DNA of 64,000 bases from Verrucomicrobiaceae bacterium (lineage in GTDB: Bacteria; Verrucomicrobiota; Verrucomicrobiia; Verrucomicrobiales; Akkermansiaceae): NCBI GenBank assembly GCA_051252135.1, contig JBPOGH010000003.1:224001-288000 (forward strand), given 5' to 3'. Shown here piece after piece: positions 10,044 through 20,769 of the stretch. Numbering within the stretch: the first letter of the stretch is position 1; every line of letters begins with the position of its first letter. Under the pieces are notes generated by a model. It did not search any database, had not been told where the DNA came from, and saw nothing but the letters and a program-made list of their open reading frames with translations. Made by a program: the position numbers and the translations under genes.

Positions 10044-13000
10044 TTTTTCCCCCGAAGACTCGAAAGGTATTCCACAAGGTCCCGGATCTCCCGCTTGGTG
10101 AGAATGAAGCCCATCGGAGGCATGGTGGAAATGAGCGGGCTGCGTTCCTGAACATCGTCTGATTTCACCTTGGTGATCCTGCCTTCGGCATCCCGGATCT
10201 CGATGGTGCCACTCTTTTCGCGGAGGAAGGTTCCGGTCACTGACTTTCCGGATTTCAGGGTAAGGGAAATGGCACCGTAGCCATCGGCGACCACCTTTTG
10301 CGGCTCAACGATCGATTCCATCAGGTGCTTCCGGTCCTTCTTTCCGACCTCCCGGAGATTGGGACCAATATCGCTGCCTTTCCCTCTCGAGACCATGTGG
10401 CAGCGGATGCACTGGGCCGCGAGGTGGTTCATAAAAAGATCCTGCCCCCGTTCGGCATCCCCACCTTCGAGGGTGTGTGCGAAATCCGGAGCGGGGCCTT
10501 CCAGCTTCCGGGCGACGGCGGCTTCGGCGAGATCAAGACGGAGCCCCGCCGGGACTTGCGCAAATGAGGAGAGGCTTTCTTTCAAAAGTTGATCGCCTTC
10601 CTTCGATGCCAAAGATGTAGCAAGCAGTGAAACGGCGGCCTGCTTCTCGTTGAGCGGCGCGTCTCCCCAGAGCAAGGGCGCCACGACCTTGAGAGCTTCC
10701 GTGGGGTTGGAAGCGGCGAGGAGACCCAGAGCTTCAATCCGGATTTCGGATTCCCTGGCCCCGAGCGACTGCGTGAGCAATTGGTCGAGATCGGGACGCT
10801 CTTGATTGGCCAGACCGCGCATGGCTTCGATCCGAAGCTCGGGAATCATCGCTTCGTTTTGAAGGACGGCGATCAGCGAATCGGCGGGAATAGTGATCTC
10901 CAGCGAGAGAGCCAACCGCATGGTCCGGCTTTGAATTTTCGGATCCTCATCGGAGAGAAGAGTGGCCAGTTGGGTGACCGCGGCTTCCTTCGCGATGGCG
11001 GGATCCCGCTTTTCAAGAGGACGGTAGCGCCCGACGACTCGATCGAGCAATTCGGGTTGGGTCCAGTGGGAAAGGGCATCGAGCGCTTCAAGCCGAAGGA
11101 CTTCCGGAACCCCGGAGTGGGTGGAGAAGGAAGCGACGCGTTCGGCATGAGCGGAGGTGCCCAGGTGGAAGTTGGCATTGATGGCCCGCCGGATGATGGA
11201 CTCGTTTTTAAGCCATGGAGTGGTCGCCAACGAGGAAGCGAGGGCTGGAAGGGCTGCGGGAATCGTCCAGTCGTCATGGATGGCACGGGCGGCTTCGACC
11301 GCGACGTTTTCAAAGGGAGATTTGAGATAGATCGCGACCGCAGGATCGGCCCGTCGCCGGAGGGCGACAACGGCAACCTTCTGAACGAGTTCGGATTCGT
11401 CATCGGCGAGGGCAGCCAGGAATTCGGAAGATGCGCATCCGGTGAGTCCCACGATGGCGGCATGGCGGAGGTAGGTTTGTTTCGGGCCGATCGATTGCGA
11501 AAATACGTGAAGATCGGCAGCTGCAGAAGAACTGCCGATGTTTCCAAGGGTGATGGCGGCCTGAAATTTGACGCGATCGGACGGGTCTTTGAGAAGAGGA
11601 GTGAGAGACCTGACGAGTGGTGAGATTTCTTGGGAGGGAGCGGGGGCCCGGTGGAGGGCCAGTTGGATGCCGAATTGATCACCGATGGCTTTTAGAGCTT
11701 GGGTTTTGATCTCGCTATCCGGGTCCTTGAGGAGTTCGAGGACGAAATTAAAATCCGGAGAGTCGGACTTTCGCATGAGTTGCCCCAAGCCCCAGATCGC
11801 GTGAATTCGTCCGAGGCGGGTTGAGTTCTTCGCTGCGATTTCAAGGTCATCTTTGACGCCGCGCTTCACCAATTCGAACTGTGCTTTGAGTCGCACCCGT
11901 TGATCCGGATGCTCCAGTGATTTCACGAGTTGATCCGATGAGTAAGTGGAAAAATCAGAGCGGAGTTCCTCAGCGGTGGATGCGCGCCGCGGGTCCTTCT
12001 TGGCGACATCCCATTTCCAAACCGCTCCCTTTTCATTGAGGGGATATCCCCCGCCCCAGTCGACGCCATAAAGGGCACCGTCGGGGCCGAAGCTGATGCC
12101 CACGATGGGAACGCCATTTCCAATTTTCCGATCGTTGATCATTCTGTAGGACGCTCCGTTTTGCTCAACCTGGAAGGCCCATTGTTGGCCATTCGGCGCG
12201 CTGGTGTGAAAGAAGTAATCTTTCCATTTCGGGTTCAGGGCGGTGCCGGGATTGAAGGCCATGCCGGCAGGTCCGTTTTCAAAGAGGCTGATGGCGGGAG
12301 TAATATGAGCGGGCTGTCCTTCATGGTAGGGAACGCTGAGGTTTTCATCCATCCAGGGATTGAAGACTCCGTTGCGATACTGCCAGTTCGATCGCCATCC
12401 CGCATCCATGTGTTGCACGATGTAAACGAAGCGCTCTTTTTCTCCGGGACGATCCGAGTCGTTATCGACGCCGAAGATATTGCCGTATTGATCAAAGGCG
12501 ATCTCCTGCACGTTGCGGAGTCCGCGGGCGTAGACCTCAAAATTGCTACCGTCCGGATCGCAGCGCAAGAGAGCTCCATGATTGGGGTAGTTGAAATGGA
12601 GACCTTCCTTTGAGGTGATGCCGACTCCCTTATCGCCAATCGTCCAGTAGATGCGCCCATCGGGGCCCACGGTAAGGCCGTGCATGTCGTGACCCGCGTA
12701 GGCGAGATGGACTCCGAAACCATAGGCGATGGACTCGCGGGTGTCGGCTTTTCCATCACCATCGGTATCACGGAGTTTCCAGACATCGGGAACAATGGTG
12801 GTGTAGACATCACCATCATGATGAAGAACCCCGGCGGCGATGCCGGCGATTGGGTCGTTGAAGCCTTCGGCGTAGACCGAGGTTTGATCGGCGAGCCCGT
12901 CGCCATCGGTATCCTCGATGAGATGGATGCGCTCGGTGAGCATTTGAAGATCGGCAATGTCGTGAATGCCATCCTTGTTGTAATCGGCGACGCGGGCCTT

Positions 13001-13309
13001 GTTGGCCTCGCTGTTTTCCGGAGTGAAATTCTTCAGGTAAAATGCCCGCTTGTCGTCGGGTGCCCGGAAGCTGAGATCATCGGGGATCCAGTCGCGGTTC
13101 TCCCGGATGTCGAGGTCGTTCGCCTTCCGCCGCTGCGTCTGGGTGACATAGGCACGGCCCTGGTCATCGAAGGAAATGGCGACCGGGTCGGGCACCTGAA
13201 ATCCCGGGGTCCATTTGGTGAATTCAAGGGATCCGGAATCCTGCTCCTCAGCAAAGATCGGAAGAACAAACAGGGTGAGGCCGAGGGCGGGTGCTACCGA
13301 AAATTTCAT
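10040..13309 (-). CDS. PVC-type membrane-bound dehydrogenase-like / heme-binding CxxCH protein (propeller + HEAT repeats + cytochrome c)
   Basis: Signal peptide; DTDGDG repeats; GPDGRIY, GLRN; HEAT-like repeats; GDAERG..CIRCH..IGPNL; MPPM. Confidence 0.88.
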   Translation of the reverse strand: MKFSVAPALGLTLFVLPIFAEEQDSGSLEFTKWTPGFQVPDPVAISFDDQGRAYVTQTQRRKANDLDIRENRDWIPDDLSFRAPDDKRAFYLKNFTPENSEANKARVADYNKDGIHDIADLQMLTERIHLIEDTDGDGLADQTSVYAEGFNDPIAGIAAGVLHHDGDVYTTIVPDVWKLRDTDGDGKADTRESIAYGFGVHLAYAGHDMHGLTVGPDGRIYWTIGDKGVGITSKEGLHFNYPNHGALLRCDPDGSNFEVYARGLRNVQEIAFDQYGNIFGVDNDSDRPGEKERFVYIVQHMDAGWRSNWQYRNGVFNPWMDENLSVPYHEGQPAHITPAISLFENGPAGMAFNPGTALNPKWKDYFFHTSAPNGQQWAFQVEQNGASYRMINDRKIGNGVPIVGISFGPDGALYGVDWGGGYPLNEKGAVWKWDVAKKDPRRASTAEELRSDFSTYSSDQLVKSLEHPDQRVRLKAQFELVKRGVKDDLEIAAKNSTRLGRIHAIWGLGQLMRKSDSPDFNFVLELLKDPDSEIKTQALKAIGDQFGIQLALHRAPAPSQEISPLVRSLTPLLKDPSDRVKFQAAITLGNIGSSSAAADLHVFSQSIGPKQTYLRHAAIVGLTGCASSEFLAALADDESELVQKVAVVALRRRADPAVAIYLKSPFENVAVEAARAIHDDWTIPAALPALASSLATTPWLKNESIIRRAINANFHLGTSAHAERVASFSTHSGVPEVLRLEALDALSHWTQPELLDRVVGRYRPLEKRDPAIAKEAAVTQLATLLSDEDPKIQSRTMRLALSLEITIPADSLIAVLQNEAMIPELRIEAMRGLANQERPDLDQLLTQSLGARESEIRIEALGLLAASNPTEALKVVAPLLWGDAPLNEKQAAVSLLATSLASKEGDQLLKESLSSFAQVPAGLRLDLAEAAVARKLEGPAPDFAHTLEGGDAERGQDLFMNHLAAQCIRCHMVSRGKGSDIGPNLREVGKKDRKHLMESIVEPQKVVADGYGAISLTLKSGKSVTGTFLREKSGTIEIRDAEGRITKVKSDDVQERSPLISTMPPMGFILTKREIRDLVEYLSSLRGKN

Positions 13310-13353
13310 GGGCGATGAGGAAAAGACCTATCACCATGAACGCACCAATCCAA

Positions 13354-14451
13354 TCACGGATCCACGGCTGCGCCTTCATCCGGGTCACCAATCTCCTTGT
13401 AAGGAATGCCCATGCGCTCGGCGCGCTTCTTCCAAAGGTCACGGGCCCGTTGTTGCATGTCATCGTAGTGATCCACTTCATCGACGATCTCGGTTCCCAA
13501 CATCGTCTCAATGACATCCTCAAGAGTGATGATTCCGGAGAATGACCCGAACTCATCAATGGTGGCCGCGATGTGGATCCGCTCGGCAATCATGGTATTG
13601 AAGAGTTCCGAGAGGTTCTGAGTGTTCGGAACAGTGTGAAGATCCCGCTTGAACTTGCTGAGGGGACTATTGCCCTCGCCCCGTGCCAAGGCCTGAAGAA
13701 GTTCGACACGAAGGACGAATCCTTCGACGTCATCGATGGTGTCCTTATAGATGGGAATGCGGGAGAAGGGTCGGTTGGAATGGGACTCCATGAACCCGTC
13801 GACAGTGGTGGACTCCGGAAGGGAGAAGACCACCGTCCTTGGCGTGGCCGCGTTCTTTGCCATGGTATCGCGGAGGCCAAAGAGGTTTTTTACAATGCGA
13901 CCTTCGTTCTCCTCGATCGCTCCCTCCTGCTCGCCAATGTCCGCCATGGCGATGAACTCGGCCCGGCTGTAGGCGCCTTTCTTTTCCCCGTGGGAAATGC
14001 CGCTGGTGATCTTTTCCGTCATCCAGATGAGCGGTGACATGATGCGGGTCAGGCCCGTGAGCATTGTGCCGGTGACGGGGGCCAATTGCTTCCAGAAAAC
14101 AGCGCCAAGGGTCTTGGGGATGATCTCGGACAGGAGAAGAATCAGAACCGTGAGGACCGCTGAAATGATCCCGGTGGTGAGCGGGGCGTCGCCAAAAATC
14201 TTCATCGCCTGCGCCCCTACCCCGGCGGCCCCGACGGTGTGCGCCACTGTGTTGAGAATGAGAATGGCCGACAAGGGGCGGTTGATATCATTGGCCAGAT
14301 TCCCCCAAACTTCGGCGTTGCGGGGTCTGGTTTCCTTTTGGGTCTCGATGTAAGGACGGCGCACGCTCAGCAGGACGGCTTCGAAGACCGAACAAAGAAA
14401 CGAAAAGACGAGGGCAATGAGGAGATAGGTAACTAAAAGGACGGTGTCCAC
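13354..14451 (-). CDS. CNNM/DUF21 + CBS domain protein (hemolysin/CorC-like)
   Basis: SFLCSVFEAVLLS, ILILNTVAHTVGA, EIIPKTLG, FSRIPIY, DEFG..GIITLEDVIE. Confidence 0.92.
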   Translation of the reverse strand: MDTVLLVTYLLIALVFSFLCSVFEAVLLSVRRPYIETQKETRPRNAEVWGNLANDINRPLSAILILNTVAHTVGAAGVGAQAMKIFGDAPLTTGIISAVLTVLILLLSEIIPKTLGAVFWKQLAPVTGTMLTGLTRIMSPLIWMTEKITSGISHGEKKGAYSRAEFIAMADIGEQEGAIEENEGRIVKNLFGLRDTMAKNAATPRTVVFSLPESTTVDGFMESHSNRPFSRIPIYKDTIDDVEGFVLRVELLQALARGEGNSPLSKFKRDLHTVPNTQNLSELFNTMIAERIHIAATIDEFGSFSGIITLEDVIETMLGTEIVDEVDHYDDMQQRARDLWKKRAERMGIPYKEIGDPDEGAAVDP

Positions 14452-14505
14452 GGTAACTCACAAAACGCTAAAACGGTAGAAACGAAAGGGAAAAGTAGGG
14501 GCGAT

Positions 14506-15642
14506 TCACTTGCCGGGGGATGGAGCCGGGAAGGACTGCCCGTAAAACATCAGGGTGCTCCAGGGCACGAAGCAGCGTCGGCGGGATTCAGGACGAGTCT
14601 TTTGAAGCGCTTTTTGAGTGAAGGGCGCGTCAAGGCCGCGGCGGTGGTGGTAGTGATTGTTGACCTTCTCGTAGATGTTGTGGAGGCGGCCCCGGGCTTT
14701 TTCGGAGATGCTTTTGTAGTGATAGCGGCCTTCGAAACTCCGGTAGGGCTCGTAGGAAACATCGTGGCCGAGATTGAACTTGGCGGTGTATTCGAAGCCC
14801 TTGAGAAGCCGGTTGTCGAGGGCCCCGTAGAGATCGACACCCTGAATCCAGGCGGTCTCGGCGGTGTTGGCGAGGAATTCGAGGCCCATCTGGGTGTGAG
14901 CCTGATCGCGACCGCTTTCCTGACATTGGCCGCTGGGCTTAAAATACATCCCGATCGCGCCGTTGCTCTCTCCGTTGAGATAGTGGTTCACCGCGCGATC
15001 GAAGATGGCTTGGTCGTCGAGAAAAACGCCGATCGAGATCATCGTCTGGAGCATCGCGGCGTCCCAGTTGCCATTGGCGGTGGGGTGGAAGGGTTTGATG
15101 ACGGGATACCAGACGTTTCGAAGCATGTCCTCGAATTGGGCCTGTTGATCCGGAGTCCAGCCCTTCCATCCTCCCTTGTAGTGGCGAAGAAGTTCGGCTG
15201 CGATGAGGTAGGTCTGCCCGCTCATTCCGACGAGAAGGCGGGCATCGTGGTCGGTGACGGCTTTTAAGGTACCCGACCAGGCATTGAGAATCTCGGCCGA
15301 CTTCCGGGCGGAGGCTTCCTCGCCGGCAAGAACCCAGCGAAGGGCATGCGTGTAGGCGGCCCGGCCATCATCGGTGAACTCGGTGGAGCCGACATCGGGG
15401 TCGTTGTAGGGGCCGCGCTCGACTTTAGGAAAGGCTTTGGGCTTCCACCCGGGGTTGGCGTAGCGGGATTCCCTGAGTTCGTTCCATGCGTTGAGCCAGG
15501 GCTCTTCCTTGGCGGCGATCTTTGATTTTACGAAGTCGATCCCCTCCCGGCTGTGGAAGACGCCCGGGTGGACGAAGTCGGCGTGTGCACTGAGAATTCC
15601 CAGAGTGAGCAGGGCTACTTTTTTCAGGAGAGAGATCGTCAT
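14506..15642 (-). CDS. Alginate lyase family (PF05426-type) secreted protein
   Basis: Signal peptide; FVHPG, NGNW, GQCQESGRDQAH, LLKGFEYTAK. Confidence 0.78.
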   Translation of the reverse strand: MTISLLKKVALLTLGILSAHADFVHPGVFHSREGIDFVKSKIAAKEEPWLNAWNELRESRYANPGWKPKAFPKVERGPYNDPDVGSTEFTDDGRAAYTHALRWVLAGEEASARKSAEILNAWSGTLKAVTDHDARLLVGMSGQTYLIAAELLRHYKGGWKGWTPDQQAQFEDMLRNVWYPVIKPFHPTANGNWDAAMLQTMISIGVFLDDQAIFDRAVNHYLNGESNGAIGMYFKPSGQCQESGRDQAHTQMGLEFLANTAETAWIQGVDLYGALDNRLLKGFEYTAKFNLGHDVSYEPYRSFEGRYHYKSISEKARGRLHNIYEKVNNHYHHRRGLDAPFTQKALQKTRPESRRRCFVPWSTLMFYGQSFPAPSPGK

Positions 15643-15902
15643 AAACAGTCACTGGAGGAGACGGATGACGGGGCTCTCTTGTTTCAAAAAAGGCCGCCTT
15701 TACTGCGTGAAGATGCGGCAGAAGGTCTTGTCTCCTGATGACGGGGCCCGGCGGGCGTCGAAAACGCGGAAAGGAACCGGGAACGATTGATGATCAGATC
15801 CTTGGGGAAAAGTTGAAATCGGCAAGTGGAGGCTTGGAGAATTGAGGTCTTACTTCAAGGTTCCCTGTCTGCAAGAATGGCCTCCTTTGGTTCAGCTCTG
15901 CT

Positions 15903-18900
15903 TTAGGGCAAGCTTACCTCGACCCGGTAGAAGCGCTTGGTGAGCGCGGTGGGGAACGGGATGTTGAAGTCGAGTTGGGATCCGGTGCCGGTGAACGGTT
16001 CGCCCAGGTCGGTCCACGATCCTTCAGCGAGGGTGTCGCTCCATTGGACTTGATAGATTTGGCCGTTTCCGGATTGGGGAATGGAGAAGGACAGGGTGCC
16101 GATGGCTTGATCGGTGTTTATGGCCGTGACTTCACCGAAGACGAGATTCTCCGGACTGATGGGGTCGATCTCCGGCTCGGTGAGACTGAGGGCGAACCAG
16201 TTGAGGTTCATCATACTGGCGTTGGTGGCGGAGCCGATTTCCTGGAAGACGAGGTAGACGTCGTAGGTTCCGGCGGCGTTGCTAAGTTCAACCTCGATGG
16301 TTTCCCAGTCCTGCCACCCGATGGTTTCAGGAACATTAATGATTCCGACAATCGTTCCCGTCGGGCTGCCGAGGCGAACCTGAATTTGGGGCTGGGCAGT
16401 GCCGGGTTCGCGGGCGATGCGGAAGCGGGCGGAGGCGTTTTCGGCCAGGGTGAGTTGATCGTAGCGGAGCCAGTCTCCGTTGCTGATCCAGCCGATGTTT
16501 TGGTCGCCATCGACATCACCGGTGGCTTGGGATTGGGTGCCGGATTGGGCGTCGAAGGCCTCGGCTTCCATGCGGGTGACGGGACCACCGGGAGGGTCGA
16601 GGGGAATTTCGAAGCAGCAGAGGGATCCGGCCGGGACGGTGGCGAAAACAGTGGTGGGAGAGCCGGAGATGAAGGAGGTGACTTCGCCTTCAACATTGAG
16701 GTCCTCGTGCCAGCGGGTGCGTGTAATCGTTTGGTTGGTAGAAACTTTTCCGTTGAGGTCCAGCGCAAGATCGACGGTGGATCCATTGGGGTTGATGGCC
16801 CAGACGGTGAGGAGGTTGTCCTTGATGAGAGCGGTGGTGTGGGAGAGCTCGGGTGGTGTCGCGATATCGAGGGCCTGTCCGCGATGCGAGGTGTTGGTGA
16901 GCTTGTTGAAGATGAAGTATTTGACGTTCCGGACGGGGGTGCCATTCGGGTTAAGGATGTAGGAATGGCCCTGGTTGGTGGTGCCGATGGCGAGCCAGCC
17001 GCTGAGTCCGGAGAAGCCGGCATTGATGGCCTCCAGCATGAAGGAAAAGGTGAGGACTTCGTTGGCTCCGGAGGTGCTTTTCCAGCCGTGGAGCTCGGTG
17101 TTCCAGATTTCGGTATCGGGTCCGAGGGTGTTGATGACGGCTTCGGCGAAGTCTTCCGCGGTGCCTGTTTTGTCAGTGTTGTGGGAGGCGGCAATATCGA
17201 CGGCGTCCCGGCGGCGAGAGGTGTCGAGATTGTTGATCCAGGAGGCGCCCTGCACGAAATTCCAGGAGGAAGGGGCGATGAAGAGCGGCAGGTCGTCTGC
17301 CGTGAGAGCCGGGAAGCCGGCGTAGCTCCCGGTGGGATCCGTGGGGTCCGGGCTGGGAGGGTTGGCGATGTAGTCCTTGATGTATTCGGTGACGTCCCGC
17401 GCATCGGCCTGGGTGAAGCGTGAGCCACCATCGTTGCTTTGCCACTCGTTGGTGAGATCCATGTAGCTGATTTTAAAGCCGTAGGATTTCATCAGACGCA
17501 GGTAACGGACGAGGTATTGGCCGCATTTTTCCCAGTTGAAGTTGTAGTTGCTGCTGCTGCCGGTGCTACCGGTGATCCACTGGGGGTAGGGCTGCCAGGC
17601 GACGTTATCCTGGGCTTCATCGAGCGGGCGCGGGGACGCGAAGAACTTGATGTTTGGGTTGGCCTCTTGCATTTCCTGCATCATGGGGATGATGCGGAAG
17701 GTGTAGGCAGAGAGGTCGTAGTTATTCTCGGTGAGTTCGTAGCCGGCATTGACGGCGACGCGGATAAAGTCGATGTCGTTGTCGACGACGGACCATTTTG
17801 CGACGAGGTCGCGCTCGGCGGAGTTGAGCGAGGTGGTCCAGTACCAGAGGCGCTCGTAGTCCATGCCGTAGCGCATCGTTTGCTTCGGGGTGGTGCCGAT
17901 GACGACCGGGATCCCGGTAGGGACTTCGAAGGTGAACCAATCGATGTTGTAGAGGGCGGCGGTGTTGGTGGCGCTGACGAAATTGAGCCGGATGGTCTGG
18001 GGTCCGGAGGTGGTGAAGGTGGCATCGCCGGTGAAGGGCTGCCAGTTGTCCCAGCCACTTGTTTTTGGAATGGTGGCGGTGCCGATGGTGGTGCCATTGG
18101 AGACGATCTCGACGTTGCCTCCGTTGGAATTGGTGGCGGCGCTGAAGGTGAAGCGGTAGGTTCCAGGTTCGGGAACATTAATCAGGTATTCGGCCCAGTC
18201 TCCGTTGTCGATGTAGCCGATGCTGTCGGAGGTGGCTCCCTTGTCAGGCTCGATGACGATGCCGCTCATGGAGGTGAAATTCTCGGCTTCGATGACATCG
18301 GGCATCTCGCGGATTTGGATGGCGTTGATTTGGGCGCGGCCGGGGTTGACGCTTCCGTTCAGCTCCCCTGCGATCTCGAAGCTTTGCGTTGTACTATCGG
18401 CGAGGAAGATGCCGATGATGGAGTCACCGCTTTCTTCACCGGTTCCGCCGTCCTCACTGTTGTTGAGATCGGCTTGGCCGGCGGTGCCGTTGGTGATGCT
18501 GGTGGGAACGTTAGTGGTGCCATCACTGAGGTTCATTTTGTAACCGTTATGACGACTGCTGCGGGCATCATTGGCCAGGATTTGGATGGCGTAGGTTTTA
18601 CCGACGGTGAGTCCACTGAAGGTGAGCGTTGCGTGGCCGTAGGTGGCACCGCCGATGACATTGGCGAGATCAGGATCGCCGGAAAAAGAGCCATCCCCGA
18701 AGGTGCTCGGGCCTGCCAGACCATTAATATCGGCACCTGCGGAATCCGGTCCTACGGTGAGAGTGACTCCATTGGCGGTCACTCCGGCTTCAAGGGCGGG
18801 GATATCGGCACGGAGAAAGCTGACTCCGTTCAAGGTGATGGTGCCGTTGTCCGGGTCACTGGGGTTGACGGCCAAAAGCGCGGTCCCGGTGGTGAAAATG

Positions 18901-19010
18901 AAGTCGGTATTTGTCGCCCCCTGATACATGTCAACCGAGGGTTGCCAGGTGATCTGGGCGGCAGGAAGTGCGGCCAAGGAGAGGAGGAACGAGGTGAGGA
19001 TGTTTTTCAT
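15903..19010 (-). CDS. Secreted multimodular glycoside hydrolase: CBM6 - GH30-like (clan GH-A) - CBM6 - C-terminal module
   Basis: Two CBM6-like modules (IEAE..IGYIDNGDWAEY..GW; MEAE..IGWISNGDWLRY..LNWF) around a barrel with FFASP, TNEW and WNTE. Confidence 0.72.
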   Translation of the reverse strand: MKNILTSFLLSLAALPAAQITWQPSVDMYQGATNTDFIFTTGTALLAVNPSDPDNGTITLNGVSFLRADIPALEAGVTANGVTLTVGPDSAGADINGLAGPSTFGDGSFSGDPDLANVIGGATYGHATLTFSGLTVGKTYAIQILANDARSSRHNGYKMNLSDGTTNVPTSITNGTAGQADLNNSEDGGTGEESGDSIIGIFLADSTTQSFEIAGELNGSVNPGRAQINAIQIREMPDVIEAENFTSMSGIVIEPDKGATSDSIGYIDNGDWAEYLINVPEPGTYRFTFSAATNSNGGNVEIVSNGTTIGTATIPKTSGWDNWQPFTGDATFTTSGPQTIRLNFVSATNTAALYNIDWFTFEVPTGIPVVIGTTPKQTMRYGMDYERLWYWTTSLNSAERDLVAKWSVVDNDIDFIRVAVNAGYELTENNYDLSAYTFRIIPMMQEMQEANPNIKFFASPRPLDEAQDNVAWQPYPQWITGSTGSSSNYNFNWEKCGQYLVRYLRLMKSYGFKISYMDLTNEWQSNDGGSRFTQADARDVTEYIKDYIANPPSPDPTDPTGSYAGFPALTADDLPLFIAPSSWNFVQGASWINNLDTSRRRDAVDIAASHNTDKTGTAEDFAEAVINTLGPDTEIWNTELHGWKSTSGANEVLTFSFMLEAINAGFSGLSGWLAIGTTNQGHSYILNPNGTPVRNVKYFIFNKLTNTSHRGQALDIATPPELSHTTALIKDNLLTVWAINPNGSTVDLALDLNGKVSTNQTITRTRWHEDLNVEGEVTSFISGSPTTVFATVPAGSLCCFEIPLDPPGGPVTRMEAEAFDAQSGTQSQATGDVDGDQNIGWISNGDWLRYDQLTLAENASARFRIAREPGTAQPQIQVRLGSPTGTIVGIINVPETIGWQDWETIEVELSNAAGTYDVYLVFQEIGSATNASMMNLNWFALSLTEPEIDPISPENLVFGEVTAINTDQAIGTLSFSIPQSGNGQIYQVQWSDTLAEGSWTDLGEPFTGTGSQLDFNIPFPTALTKRFYRVEVSLP

Positions 19011-19025
19011 TTTAAGGGAAAGGTA

Positions 19026-20420
19026 TTAGTAACGATAGTCGGCACCGTCGCGACTGAGTTGGCAGCTTTGATCGATCCCCGCGAGGGCACGGGTCATCTC
19101 CTGAAGGATAGCCGGGTTTTCCTTGGCGAGGTCGTTTTTTTCGTAGGGATCGTTGGCGAGATTGTAGAGGCGGGTCCGTCCGTCTTTTTTGGCTTCCTTG
19201 AGAATCTTAAAGTCGCCCCGGATGAGGGCCTGTCCATCGATCCCCTGGTAGAGGCGGCGATAGCCGAAGAAGAGATCGTTGGGACGTTGGGCGATCCCGC
19301 CTTTGATGATGGGCATGAGATCGACGCCATCGATGGGGCGTTCTTTGCCTTTTGAGAAGGAGTAACCGACGGCGGAGGCGACGGTGGGGAAGATGTCTAC
19401 GGTCGAACAACGGACGTCGGAGGTGGTGCCGGGCTCGATGGTGCCGGGCCATTCGAGGCAGGCGGGGACGAGGAGACCGCCTTCATACATCTGGTGCTTG
19501 TGGCCTCTGAAGGGTCTGGCGGAGGCGATGCCTTTTTTGGCGGCGCCATCGGAGGGGCCGTTGTCGCTGCAGAAGATGAGGAGGGTGTTTTTCTCGATGC
19601 CGAGGTCGTGGAGCTTGGTGCGGAGGCGGCCGATTTGCTCGTCCATGGCGGTGATGCAGCCGTAGTAGTTTTGGCGTTTCGAGCCGGCCTTGGGGTAGAG
19701 AGCGCGGTATTTTGGACCGGCGACGACGGGCTCGTGCGGGGCGTGGAACCAAACGGTGGCGAGAAAGGGGGTGGCCTTGTTCGTCTCGATGAAGGGGATG
19801 ACACGATCCATGATGATGCGGCTGTCATCGCCACTCATGTTTTCGGTGACGGGGGTGCCGTCCTGAAGGTAAGGGGTGCCTCCTTTCCAGGGCTCGCCGG
19901 GTTTGTTGCCCCAGCTTTTCCAATCGGCGGGGGTGACGGTGGGGTCCCAGGTGGGGACGGCGCTGGTGGTGGCGAACCAGCTATCGAATCCGTGGTGGGA
20001 GGGCGGCGAGTAGTGGCCGCGTGAGCTGAGTTGGTCCGGCTCGACCCAGCCGATGTGCCATTTTCCGAAGAAGGCGGTTCGGTAGTCCCTGGACTTCACC
20101 ATTTCCGCGACGGTGATTTCTCCGGTGCGCATGCCGGCGGTGTGGGCGGCGAGGATGCCGTAGCGGAAAGGGTAGCGCCCGGTGAGGCAGGAACCGCGGG
20201 TGGGCGAGCAAAGGGGTGAGGCGGCGTAGAAGCGGTTGAGCTTCACCCCATTGGCGGCCATGGCATCGAGATGCGGGGTCTTGAGGTCGGGGTGGCCATT
20301 GAAGCCGACGTCTCCCCATCCCTGATCATCGCTCATGATGAGAATGATGTTGGGCTGATCAGCGGCTAATTTTGCCGTGACAGCCACAAGGGAGCAGAAA
20401 AGCAGTTTGAAAAGAGTCAT
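19026..20420 (-). CDS. Sulfatase (Cys-type formylglycine, family S1)
   Basis: PNIILIMSDDQG, CSPTRGSCLTG, GKWH, SDNG; start taken at MTLFKLL. Confidence 0.93.
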   Translation of the reverse strand: MTLFKLLFCSLVAVTAKLAADQPNIILIMSDDQGWGDVGFNGHPDLKTPHLDAMAANGVKLNRFYAASPLCSPTRGSCLTGRYPFRYGILAAHTAGMRTGEITVAEMVKSRDYRTAFFGKWHIGWVEPDQLSSRGHYSPPSHHGFDSWFATTSAVPTWDPTVTPADWKSWGNKPGEPWKGGTPYLQDGTPVTENMSGDDSRIIMDRVIPFIETNKATPFLATVWFHAPHEPVVAGPKYRALYPKAGSKRQNYYGCITAMDEQIGRLRTKLHDLGIEKNTLLIFCSDNGPSDGAAKKGIASARPFRGHKHQMYEGGLLVPACLEWPGTIEPGTTSDVRCSTVDIFPTVASAVGYSFSKGKERPIDGVDLMPIIKGGIAQRPNDLFFGYRRLYQGIDGQALIRGDFKILKEAKKDGRTRLYNLANDPYEKNDLAKENPAILQEMTRALAGIDQSCQLSRDGADYRY

Positions 20421-20535
20421 CAGCAATGTGTGAAAAGGCACACTAGCCCAAATAACCCCTCATAGGGAGCATTCTATACACATTGGAGAACTTTCCCCTC
20501 TGTATGCGGATTTATCCTTTGGGAGAGGTTGGAGA

Positions 20536-20769
20536 CTACTTCTCCGCGTTCTCCGCTTCCTCTTCTTTGAGAAGGGTTTCAAACTCCTGCTCTTCCGGGG
20601 TCAACGCGTCCCAGCGGGCTTTTTCGATCGCTTCCGCTTCGGCAATCAGGGCTGCCGCTTCTTCTTCGGCCTTTTTCTCCAATCTGGCAGCCTCGCGGGC
20701 CAAGCGCTTATCAAGCTTCTTCTGTTCCCGTTCGCGACGTTTGTGGTCTTTGCTTGGTGTAAATGCCAT
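20536..20769 (-). CDS. Small charged helical hypothetical protein (77 aa)
   Basis: MAFTPSKDHKRREREQKK...; K/E/A-rich; GAAAGGA upstream of the ATG. Confidence 0.55.
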   Translation of the reverse strand: MAFTPSKDHKRREREQKKLDKRLAREAARLEKKAEEEAAALIAEAEAIEKARWDALTPEEQEFETLLKEEEAENAEK

